Under the pieces are notes generated by a model that did no database searches, was not told the origin of the DNA, and saw nothing but the letters and a program-made list of their open reading frames with translations. Position numbers and translations under genes: made by a program. Below, piece by piece: positions 7,744 to 15,364 of a DNA stretch of 16,514 nt; position 1 is the first letter of the stretch; each line of letters starts with the position of its first letter. Origin of the DNA: Halodesulfurarchaeum sp. (lineage in GTDB: Archaea; Halobacteriota; Halobacteria; Halobacteriales; Halobacteriaceae); NCBI GenBank assembly GCA_042216015.1, contig JBDGUI010000048.1, forward strand, positions 1 through 16,514, in the 5' to 3' direction.

Positions 7744-7886
7744 GGTCGGTCATCGGGGGTTCGCCGGGAAGAATCCTCCGGTGGCGGCGATTGGTGTGAT
7801 GTGGTAGTATTGCTGAAGGACCATGGGTGACACTACCCCCTTCCGGGATCGGCGGGTACAAGAATTGCCAGCCCCTGGCCCGAGGT

Positions 7887-8156
7887 ATGCAGGCGACCGA
7901 GTCCGTCAAGGTACCCGATGGCAAACTGATCAGGGTCGAGGTGACCTTCGAGGAGACGATCGAGGACGTCGCGATCACGGGGGACTTCTTCCTCGAACCG
8001 CCCGAGGCCCTCTCCGACCTCGAGTCGGCGATCGAGGGCCATTCGACGGACGTCACCGAGGCCGAACTCCGAAGCGAGATCGAAACGGTCGAGGCCGACC
8101 TGATCGGCTTTGACGCCGCGGACCTCGCCGGGGTGACCGTGGAGGCGCTTCGATGA
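7887..8156 (+). CDS. lplB: Lipoate-protein ligase accessory subunit (stand-alone LplA C-terminal domain, LplB)
   Basis: KVPDGKLIRVEV...IEDVAITGDFFLEPPEALSDLESAIEG; 89 aa; ATGA overlap with the next gene. Confidence 0.85.
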   Translation: MQATESVKVPDGKLIRVEVTFEETIEDVAITGDFFLEPPEALSDLESAIEGHSTDVTEAELRSEIETVEADLIGFDAADLAGVTVEALR

Positions 8157-8899
8157 CGGTCCGACTGATCGACGAGGGCGAATTCGACGAGCCGATGCAT
8201 CACGCCCTCGATCAGGTCATGCTCGACCGCCTGAAGGCGGGCGAACTGGAACCGACCGTCCGGTTCTGGTACCGGACCGGTTCGGCCGTCCCACTCGGCC
8301 GGTTCCAGTCATACAGAGACGAGGTCGCCGTCGATTACGTCGAAAGCGAGGACATCGACGTCGTCCGACGCATTACGGGGGGCGGGGCGATGTTCGCCGA
8401 ACCGGGGGACGTCATCACCTACTCGATGTACCTGCCGACCTCGATGGTGCCCGAGGGAATCGAGGAGAGCTACGAGACGCTCAACCAGTGGGTCATCGAT
8501 GGCCTGTCCGCGGCCGGACTCGACGCCCAGCACGAACCGCTCAACGACATCAGCCACCCCGAGGGCAAGATCGGCGGTTCGGCCCAGCTCCGCTCCGGGG
8601 ACGCGGTCTTGCACCACACGACGATGAGCTATCGCGTCGACATGGAGGGGATGCTCAAGGCCCTCCGGATCGGGAAGGAGAAGGTCTCCGATAAGGCGGT
8701 CAAATCGGCAGAGAAACGGGTCGCCCGGATCACCGACCACGTCGAGGGTTCCCGACGGGACGTGATCGAGTCGCTGATCGACGGACTCGAGTCGGCCTAC
8801 AGTACCCGAAAGTCGTCCTACGAGACAGCGACACTCGAGGAGGCCCGCGAGTTGGCCGATTCGAAGTTCCGGACCACAGCGTGGAACGAACGATTGTAG
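8153..8899 (+). CDS. lplA: Lipoate-protein ligase catalytic subunit (LplA N-terminal domain)
   Basis: HHALDQ, TVRFW, LGRFQ...EV, VVRRITGGGAMF, PLNDI....GKIGGSAQ, VLHHTTM, KF.T..WN. Confidence 0.9.
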   Translation: MTVRLIDEGEFDEPMHHALDQVMLDRLKAGELEPTVRFWYRTGSAVPLGRFQSYRDEVAVDYVESEDIDVVRRITGGGAMFAEPGDVITYSMYLPTSMVPEGIEESYETLNQWVIDGLSAAGLDAQHEPLNDISHPEGKIGGSAQLRSGDAVLHHTTMSYRVDMEGMLKALRIGKEKVSDKAVKSAEKRVARITDHVEGSRRDVIESLIDGLESAYSTRKSSYETATLEEARELADSKFRTTAWNERL

Positions 8900-9083
8900 G
8901 TCGGAATACGGGTCGACACCCGATCACGTGGTCGGCGTCTCTCCGGGGCGGGTCCGGTCGAAGCCTTTCTATTCGTGGCCGCCAAGTTCCGGTATACGTG
9001 ATTTCGATGGCCGAATTGCCTCGACCCGACCCGGACCCGGAAGACCGTACGCGAGCGTCCGTCTCTCGTTCCGTTCGGTATCC

Positions 9084-10121
9084 ATGACGGGGGAGCACTG
9101 GGGGAGCCGGACGGACCAGGATCGCGAATCCGATGCCGCGGAGTACCACGACCTGCGCGGGATCAGGGTGACCGTCGATCCCGCCTCCCACCTCGTCGGG
9201 CCGACGACGGATTCGAGCTACCACGGACTCCCGATCCGCGAGCCGGGCCCCCAGCAGGTCCCGACGGTGCGAACGGCCTATCACCCCTCCGCGATGACCG
9301 GGAGTCGGGATTCCGAGGAGATCATCGCCCGCGCACTGGGCGAACTCGACAAGCCCGTCCTCCTCGAGGGCGAGGCTGGCACCGGGAAGAACACGGCCAT
9401 GTTGACCCTCGCGAGTGAGACGAATCGGCCGGTCACCCGGATGAATTTCGGGGCCGATACGACCGTCTTCGACCTCATCGGCGAGAAGGACCTCGTGGGC
9501 GGGGACACCGTCTACGTGCTCGGCGAACTCGCCAAGGCCGCCCTCTTTGGCTGGATCTTCGTCGCCGACGAGATCAACATGGCCGAGGGGGACATCACCT
9601 CACACCTCCACGCAATCTGTGAGGAGGCCGGTCGTCGTCGACTCACGCTGCGGGGAACCGGACGGACGCTGACCGACCTTCCCTTGGAGACCGAATGGGA
9701 CCCCGAGAAGCACCTCGGTCGATACATCCACCCGGCGTTCCGGTTCGTCGGGACGGCGAACCCGCTCTCGTATGCCGGAACGAGCGAGATGAACGACGCC
9801 TTCCGGTCCCGGTTCGTCGTGCTGCCGGTCGAGTACCTGCCACCCGAGGAGGAAGCCGACCTGTTGATCGAGGAGACGGGCGTCGACCCGGAGACCGCCG
9901 GTCGCCTCACGTCCGTGGCCGAACGCCTCCGGGAGGCCCACCGGCGGGACGAACTGGAGACGCCGATCAGCCACCGCGAACTCCTGAAGGTCATCGAGAT
10001 GGCCGGTCCGGAGGAGGAGTTCATGCCCATTGCCGAGGCCGCTCGACTCGTGCTCGTCGGCCACGCCACCCTCAAACTCGACCGGGCCACGATCCGGGAC
10101 ACCATCACCGCCGAACTCTGA
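9084..10121 (+). CDS. MoxR-type AAA+ ATPase (CobS/NorQ/CbbQ-like)
   Basis: Walker A GEAGTGKN (9369-9392), DLIG, Walker B FVADEIN, IHPAFRFVGTANP..YAGT..MNDAFRSRF (sensor 1/Arg finger), ISHRELL (sensor 2); 345 aa from ATG 9084. Confidence 0.9.
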   Translation: MTGEHWGSRTDQDRESDAAEYHDLRGIRVTVDPASHLVGPTTDSSYHGLPIREPGPQQVPTVRTAYHPSAMTGSRDSEEIIARALGELDKPVLLEGEAGTGKNTAMLTLASETNRPVTRMNFGADTTVFDLIGEKDLVGGDTVYVLGELAKAALFGWIFVADEINMAEGDITSHLHAICEEAGRRRLTLRGTGRTLTDLPLETEWDPEKHLGRYIHPAFRFVGTANPLSYAGTSEMNDAFRSRFVVLPVEYLPPEEEADLLIEETGVDPETAGRLTSVAERLREAHRRDELETPISHRELLKVIEMAGPEEEFMPIAEAARLVLVGHATLKLDRATIRDTITAEL

Positions 10122-10122
10122 C

Positions 10123-12021
10123 ATGCGCATCGACAGCTCGACAAACCCCGAGGCCGTGTCGGCCCACCTCGACGCCGAGACGGCGTCGCTTCGAGAAAGT
10201 GAGGCCCGAGCCGACCGACTCCAGCGCGACGCCCGGATCAGGACCGGTCGCTGGGACCTCGAGGTCCGGATCGAGTCGGGATTTTCGCCGGCGACTCTCG
10301 ACGTTGCGGACGGCACTCCGATCGTGACGCTCTCCGGTGCGCCCGTCGGGCAGACGGTCACGGGGTACCCCGAGCGGGAGTGGCACCTGCTCGTCCAGCG
10401 GGTCCGGGTTCTCCACGAACTCACCCATCTCGCACACACCGATTTTGCCGACCTGCACGGGCGGCTCGAATCGGTCGACGAGGGTCACCGGCCGGTCGCC
10501 GCGTCGCTCTGGAACGCGCTCGAGGACGCCGCCATCGAGGGAACGATTCGCCAGCGGTGGCCGAATTACGGGGAGTGGTTACAGACGGTCCGGGCGAACC
10601 TCATTGCCGGGGTGGGGCCGGGGATTTCGGATCCGGATGGCGGACTGGTGTATCCGGTGGTGCAGGCGGCCGTTCTCGGGATTATGGACGGGACGGTCGT
10701 GGAGTCCGGCCCGCTCGGAACGCTGCTGGATCCAACGGTGGAGGGTCATCACTTTCACACCGAAGCTGATCGGGAGCGCTTCGAATCGACGGTGGTGCCG
10801 GCGATCGAGGAGACGACACGGGAATCGGTCGGCGTGAGCGATCCGGTCGAACGGAACCGGCTGGCAATCGAGTGTTTCGAGTCGATCCGACCGGCAATCG
10901 AACGGGCTGACGCCGACGGGAGAGCCCAGGTCTCGGCCTGGAGCGGGAACCACTGGGGCATGCCCGATGACGCGGCACACGGACCGGTTTCGAATCGTCC
11001 GGAGCCGCTTCCGACCGAGGTGGACTGGTCCCCGGTGTCGGCAGCCGCCAGCCGGAGCGGGCAAGCCGAACCGGATCGAAGCACCCGACGAACTGACGAG
11101 CCGAGAGTGCCGGCAGACGTGGATGCCCCGATGGACGACTCCACCGAGGAGGAACTCGAAACCCAGCTTTCCACGGATCTCGCTGCAGAGATCGAGGCCC
11201 AACGTCGACAGGCTCGCTCGCTCGACGACCGACGCGAGTCCCTCGAGGACCTCCAGGCGGCCGTTTCGGCGGCCGAGACCGAACTCGAGAGTGACGGTGT
11301 CGTGATTCCGACCGACGATCCGGATCCTCATCGGCCGACCATGGAGGCCGCGGAGGCAGACGGAACTCGCCTCGCCCGGGTGTTGAAGAACCGCTTCCAG
11401 AAGGAGCGAAAGCGGTCGATCCAGCGGAACGAACGCCGGGGTCGCATCGATCCGGCCGCGCTCCACCGACACGCTACTGGGGACCGACGGGTGAAACAGC
11501 GGCGGGAACGGCCGGATGAGGCCGAGCACCGCTGTCTGTTCGTGCTCGACCGCTCGGGCAGCATGCGCCAACACGTCCGGGTTGCCGAGCGGGCGATGGG
11601 GATGCTCGCGGTTGCCCTCGAGGCGGTCGACGTGGAGGTCTCCGTGCTCGAACTGCTCGACAAGGAGGTCCGGCTGGCAAAGCCGGTCGACCGGAACGTC
11701 GATCGGGCGGCGGGTCGCCTCTACCACGGCGAGGTCGGCGGGGGAACACCGCTCACGGACACCCTCCACATCGCCCGCGAATATCTCAAGCGGACCGACG
11801 GAACCCGGTTCGTGATCGTCGTGACCGACGGCCGGCCCTCCGAGCCGGACCGCTATCGCGAGGCGCTGAACCGCTTTACCGTTCCGGTACTGGGCGTGAA
11901 TCTCACCACCGAGGAGGCCGCGGGGGAGAGCGAATTCCACCGTCAGGTCACCGTCCCGCCGGAGACCGAACAGCTTCGCCGCGCGCTCCGACAGCTCGTC
12001 CAGGAGGTGCTCTTCGAGTGA
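10123..12021 (+). CDS. vWA-domain protein (CobT/NorD-like) with N-terminal HExxH metallopeptidase-like domain and acidic linker
   Basis: Starts 1 bp after the AAA stop. LHELTH (H98), WNALEDAAIE (E134), acidic/Pro linker, RGRIDPAAL, intact MIDAS DRSGS (D476)...GGTP...VVTDG; 632 aa. Confidence 0.88.
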   Translation: MRIDSSTNPEAVSAHLDAETASLRESEARADRLQRDARIRTGRWDLEVRIESGFSPATLDVADGTPIVTLSGAPVGQTVTGYPEREWHLLVQRVRVLHELTHLAHTDFADLHGRLESVDEGHRPVAASLWNALEDAAIEGTIRQRWPNYGEWLQTVRANLIAGVGPGISDPDGGLVYPVVQAAVLGIMDGTVVESGPLGTLLDPTVEGHHFHTEADRERFESTVVPAIEETTRESVGVSDPVERNRLAIECFESIRPAIERADADGRAQVSAWSGNHWGMPDDAAHGPVSNRPEPLPTEVDWSPVSAAASRSGQAEPDRSTRRTDEPRVPADVDAPMDDSTEEELETQLSTDLAAEIEAQRRQARSLDDRRESLEDLQAAVSAAETELESDGVVIPTDDPDPHRPTMEAAEADGTRLARVLKNRFQKERKRSIQRNERRGRIDPAALHRHATGDRRVKQRRERPDEAEHRCLFVLDRSGSMRQHVRVAERAMGMLAVALEAVDVEVSVLELLDKEVRLAKPVDRNVDRAAGRLYHGEVGGGTPLTDTLHIAREYLKRTDGTRFVIVVTDGRPSEPDRYREALNRFTVPVLGVNLTTEEAAGESEFHRQVTVPPETEQLRRALRQLVQEVLFE

Positions 12022-12332
12022 GCCTCCCGGTGTATGAGTGCACGGTCTGTGGCACCCGACAGCCGGTCAGGGACGTCGACAGGGCGAACCCGCCACAGAA
12101 ACTTGGCAACACGCAGTGTCAGGGCGCCTATGGCGGCTGTCTCCGCTCGATTCGACTCGAATACGTCCCTGATGCCAGGTGGGAAGCCGGCGAATGGGAC
12201 CTCCGCTGTCCCCGGTGTGGCTACGAGACGGTCGCCTGGGGCGAGATGGGGTTTGGCCCCACCGATCGATGGTCCTGTCCGGACTGCGAGAGCCGGATGC
12301 TCGTCGAACGCGTCGAGAACCGGGCCGAGTGA
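12018..12332 (+). CDS. Small double zinc-finger (CPxCG-related) protein
   Basis: GTGA overlap with the vWA stop; eight cysteines: YECTVCG, C-x6-C, CPRCG, CPDC. Confidence 0.75.
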   Translation: MSLPVYECTVCGTRQPVRDVDRANPPQKLGNTQCQGAYGGCLRSIRLEYVPDARWEAGEWDLRCPRCGYETVAWGEMGFGPTDRWSCPDCESRMLVERVENRAE

Positions 12333-12373
12333 GAGCCCGAAGATCCATACATCCTCCCCGTCTGCGTTCGGTC

Positions 12374-13801
12374 ATGGCGCTGCTCTCCCCGGACGCCCGG
12401 CAGACGATTCACGCGGGCGCACTCGACCTGCTGACCGACCACGGCATGCGGGTCGAACACGAGACGGCACGGGAGGACCTGGCCGCCGCCGGCGCGACTG
12501 TCGAGGGCGAGACGGTCACTGTCCCCGCGGACCTCCTCGAGGAGGCCGTCGACGACGCGCCGGCGACGTTCCGATGGCGGGCCCGCGATCCCGAAAAGAG
12601 CGTGCGGGTGGGCACTGACGAGCCGGTGATCGCCCCGACCCGGGGGCCGCGATACGTCAAACGGCCCGGTGAACCCCGCCACCGGGCGAGGATGGCTGAC
12701 TTTCACACCCTCGTCGAACTGGTCCACGAAGAGTCGGCGATCGACGTCGTCGGCTACGATCTGGCCAGCCCCGAAGGATATTCCCTGCCCGGGAATCCGG
12801 GCGGGCTAGAGGAGCCGGCGGTGGGGTACGAACTTCTTGAGGCACTTTTCACCGGTACGGACAAGCCCATCGTCGGCTCGGCCCGGAGCGGTGGCGAAGC
12901 CGCCGCCTCCCTGGAGATGGCACGGATCGCCTTCGAGGAATCGACCCTCTCCGAACCGTCGGTGCTGGCGATCCTCTGTCTGCGCTCGCCCAGACTGTTC
13001 AACGAGCCCATCGTCGACGGGATGATCCAGTACGCTCGCGCCGGGCAACCGCTCGTGGTCTCCTCGGGGGCGATTCCCGGTGCCTCTGCCCCTCACTCCC
13101 TCGCGGAGACGGCGGTCCAGGCCACTGCCGAATCGCTTTTCGGCGTGGCCCTGGTCCAGGTGGTAAACTCGGGAACGCCGGTGGTCTTCGGCCGCGCGAG
13201 CACGATGTACGACCGGGCGGCAGACGCCGTCTCCGCGGGAATACCTGGATCGACGCTCCAGGGGGTGATGGTCGAGATGGCCGGGTTTTACGGCCTTCCC
13301 TCGCGGGGACACGGGGCCGCCACCGACGCGAAGGCGATCGACGAGCAGAGTGGGGCCGAATCGATGCACCACCTCGCGAAGGGACTGGATTCCGGTGCGG
13401 ATTTGCTCCTGAACGCCACCGGGGGCCTCGATACCTTCGGCGCCGTCTCTCCGGAGAAGACCGTCCTCGACGCCGAACGGATCAGGTTGCTGCGCCGGTC
13501 GGAATCGGAGGCACAGGCCCTCACGGATCGACTCGACTCCGGGGCGATCACCGATTCGATGCGGATCGGCAACCCCCGTGAACCGTTCTTCGATGACCGC
13601 GATCCCGAATCGATCCCGGACGCGCCGGTCTTCGAGGGGACGATCGGGATCCGCGGGAGCCAGGAGGCCTGGACCGAAGCGGGCGAACCGACGATCGCCG
13701 ACCGGGCGACCGAGCGCGTGGAGCAGCTACTGGAGGCCTACGAACGACCGCCGATCGATTCGGAAGTCGCCGCGGAACTTGCCGCCCAGGGCGAGGACTG
13801 A
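12374..13801 (+). CDS. MttB-superfamily (trimethylamine methyltransferase family) corrinoid methyltransferase, non-pyrrolysine, divergent
   Basis: LLS......IHAGALDLL...GM, AP..F...ARDP, TDKPI, GASAP.SLA, QVVNSGTPVVFG, FYGLPSRGHGAATDAKAIDEQSGAES, GGLD.....SPEK.VLD, W.EAG, LEAYERPPID; 475 aa with no in-frame amber codon. Confidence 0.9.
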   Translation: MALLSPDARQTIHAGALDLLTDHGMRVEHETAREDLAAAGATVEGETVTVPADLLEEAVDDAPATFRWRARDPEKSVRVGTDEPVIAPTRGPRYVKRPGEPRHRARMADFHTLVELVHEESAIDVVGYDLASPEGYSLPGNPGGLEEPAVGYELLEALFTGTDKPIVGSARSGGEAAASLEMARIAFEESTLSEPSVLAILCLRSPRLFNEPIVDGMIQYARAGQPLVVSSGAIPGASAPHSLAETAVQATAESLFGVALVQVVNSGTPVVFGRASTMYDRAADAVSAGIPGSTLQGVMVEMAGFYGLPSRGHGAATDAKAIDEQSGAESMHHLAKGLDSGADLLLNATGGLDTFGAVSPEKTVLDAERIRLLRRSESEAQALTDRLDSGAITDSMRIGNPREPFFDDRDPESIPDAPVFEGTIGIRGSQEAWTEAGEPTIADRATERVEQLLEAYERPPIDSEVAAELAAQGED

Positions 13802-13912
13802 GTAGCTCTGTGGGGGAAAGTGGCTCAAGAGTGATATCTGAGTGGTCCCTGAGCGAGGAACTGAGTGGCCCAGATAGCGGACTGAGTTACCCCTGAACGA
13901 TGACTGGGTGCT
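13798..13912. repeat. Degenerate tandem repeats with CTGAGT core and about 22-bp period between convergent genes
   Basis: CTGAGT at 13798, 13838, 13861 and 13882; CTGGGT at 13904; partial copy near 13816. Confidence 0.6.
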
Positions 13913-13949
13913 TGGTCTGTCCCTCCCTTCGACGGCGTCTTCGCTTGGC

Positions 13950-14023
13950 TCGTCGGCGGGATTTTCGACCACTCAATCGTCTGCGGTATCCGCGAGCGTT
14001 CCATCGTCGGCGGGATTTTCGAC
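13950..14023. repeat. Perfect 20-bp direct repeat (54-bp offset) inside a 27-bp-period array at the btuD 3' end
   Basis: TCGTCGGCGGGATTTTCGAC at 13950-13969 and 14004-14023. Confidence 0.85.
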
Positions 14024-15364
14024 GGCTCCATCATCTGTGGCGTCTTCGATCCCCCCATCGACGGCGGCTTCGACCGCCTCGAGGACGTTCCGGGAGTGGA
14101 CCGTCACCGCCCGCTCCCTGAGTGACTCGTAGAGCTCCTCCCCTCGCACGCCGGCGTAATTCCGCTCCTCGAGGGGGCGGTCCTCGATCAGGATCAACTC
14201 GTTTGCACTCGCCGCCGCCCGGAGGTTCGCCAGATTGCCGTGCCCGATCGCCACGTCGGCAAGCACCGTCACGGCTGCCTCTTCGACACGCTCGGTCACC
14301 GCCTTGGCGGTGGCGTCGTCGATGGGTGCATAGGGCTCGAGGGTCTCGGCATCGATGCCCAGCATTCGGGCGGTCTCGATGTCCGCGTCCCCCTCGTTGA
14401 GCGCGCCGGTCGTCACCTGATAGCCGCTGGCAGCGAGGAGGTAGAGCAAGCGGGCAGCCGACCCCCCGCCCCCGATGACGTGAACGTGTGGGCCGTTCCG
14501 ATCCCTGGCCCCCTCTGGAAGCGCCATGACGTAGACCGACCCGGTGACCGGGTTGTTCGTGACGACCGCGTCGGTCCCGAAGGCGGATTCGAGGTTGTCC
14601 TCGGTCAGGACCTCACTCGGTGGGCCGAGGGCGGTTCGGATCCCATCAGAGAGCAGGAGGAGTCGATCGCAGTAGTGGGCCGCGAGATTTAGGTCGTGAA
14701 TCGGGGCCATGACCGTCTTTCCCTCCTCGACGAGGGACTTGACCAGTTCCAGGGTCCGGATCTGGTGATTGATGTCGAGGCTGGCTGTGGGCTCGTCGAG
14801 CAACATGACCGGTGTGTCCTGGGCGAGCGCCCTCGCGAGCAGCACCCGCTGGCGCTCGCCGCCGCTGACGTCGCCGATGTTCCGCTTTGCGAAGTCGGCG
14901 ACCTGGGTCCGCTCGAGCGCCCGGTCGACGATGGAGGCCTCCCCGGTCTGATCGAAACTGACGCGTTGCTTGTAGGGGGTGCGTCCCATCTCCACGACCT
15001 CCCGGACGGTGAAGTCGAAGGCGAGGTTGGTCTCCTGGGGGACGACGGCGACGAGCCGGCTACTCGCCTTCGACGGGAGCGTGTTGATGTCGTGCTCGTC
15101 GACGGACACGGAGCCAGCCGTCGGTTCGAGAACTCCGCTGATCGTGCGGAGGAGGGTCGTCTTTCCGGAGCCGTTCGGACCGATCACTCCCATGAACTCG
15201 CCGCGGTCGACGTCGACGGAGACATCCTCGAGTGCTCGAACCTCGCCGAGGGTCACCGAGACGCTCTCGACGTCGACGATCGGGTCCGAACGCTCGCCCG
15301 CCGTCTCGACCCGATCCGTCGTCCCGCTGATGCCGTCGAGGATATCGGCAAATCGGGAACTCAC
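13973..15364 (-). CDS. btuD: Cobalamin/Fe-siderophore ABC transporter ATP-binding protein (BtuD-like) with extra C-terminal domain
   Basis: GPNGSGKTT, VPQE, VSGGERQRV, LLDEPTASLD, HDLNLAA; GTGA overlap with the permease; C-terminal HVIGGGG domain as in haloarchaeal BtuD. Cobalamin specificity is inferred. Confidence 0.85.
   Translation of the reverse strand: MSSRFADILDGISGTTDRVETAGERSDPIVDVESVSVTLGEVRALEDVSVDVDRGEFMGVIGPNGSGKTTLLRTISGVLEPTAGSVSVDEHDINTLPSKASSRLVAVVPQETNLAFDFTVREVVEMGRTPYKQRVSFDQTGEASIVDRALERTQVADFAKRNIGDVSGGERQRVLLARALAQDTPVMLLDEPTASLDINHQIRTLELVKSLVEEGKTVMAPIHDLNLAAHYCDRLLLLSDGIRTALGPPSEVLTEDNLESAFGTDAVVTNNPVTGSVYVMALPEGARDRNGPHVHVIGGGGSAARLLYLLAASGYQVTTGALNEGDADIETARMLGIDAETLEPYAPIDDATAKAVTERVEEAAVTVLADVAIGHGNLANLRAAASANELILIEDRPLEERNYAGVRGEELYESLRERAVTVHSRNVLEAVEAAVDGGIEDATDDGAVENPADDGTLADTADD

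Noticed and set aside
7803..7837. GGTAGT-N23-ACTACC inverted repeat between the RHH gene and lplB
   Set aside because: Only 6 bp with a long spacer; cannot be distinguished from chance without comparative data.
7887..8899. Frameshifted lplA pseudogene
   Set aside because: The domain order is reversed relative to E. coli LplA, both ORFs are intact and ATGA-coupled, and this matches the known bipartite type.
10579..11940. 453-aa minus-strand ORF and other overlapping frames
   Set aside because: Shadows of the vWA gene with no recognisable domains.
9084..12021. Naming the pair cobS/cobT or norQ/norD
   Set aside because: The architecture is similar, but no cobN or nor genes are in the window and orthology cannot be shown by eye.
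1977..12373. Longer upstream starts in the ORF track (1977, 2450, 4774, 5668, 7827, 8928, 10030, 12179)
   Set aside because: The extensions run through promoters or neighbouring genes and lack the acidic composition; downstream ATGs fit family N-termini and promoter spacing.
12374..13801. Pyrrolysine (amber) recoding in the MttB homologue
   Set aside because: No in-frame TAG; the equivalent codon is GCC (Ala).
13973..13975. Selenocysteine read-through of the btuD TGA
   Set aside because: It lies in a low-complexity acidic repeat with no catalytic context; a GGA-to-TGA mutation explains it more simply.
13798..14023. CRISPR array
   Set aside because: The repeat cores are too short and degenerate, there are no 30-40 bp unique spacers, and no cas genes are present.
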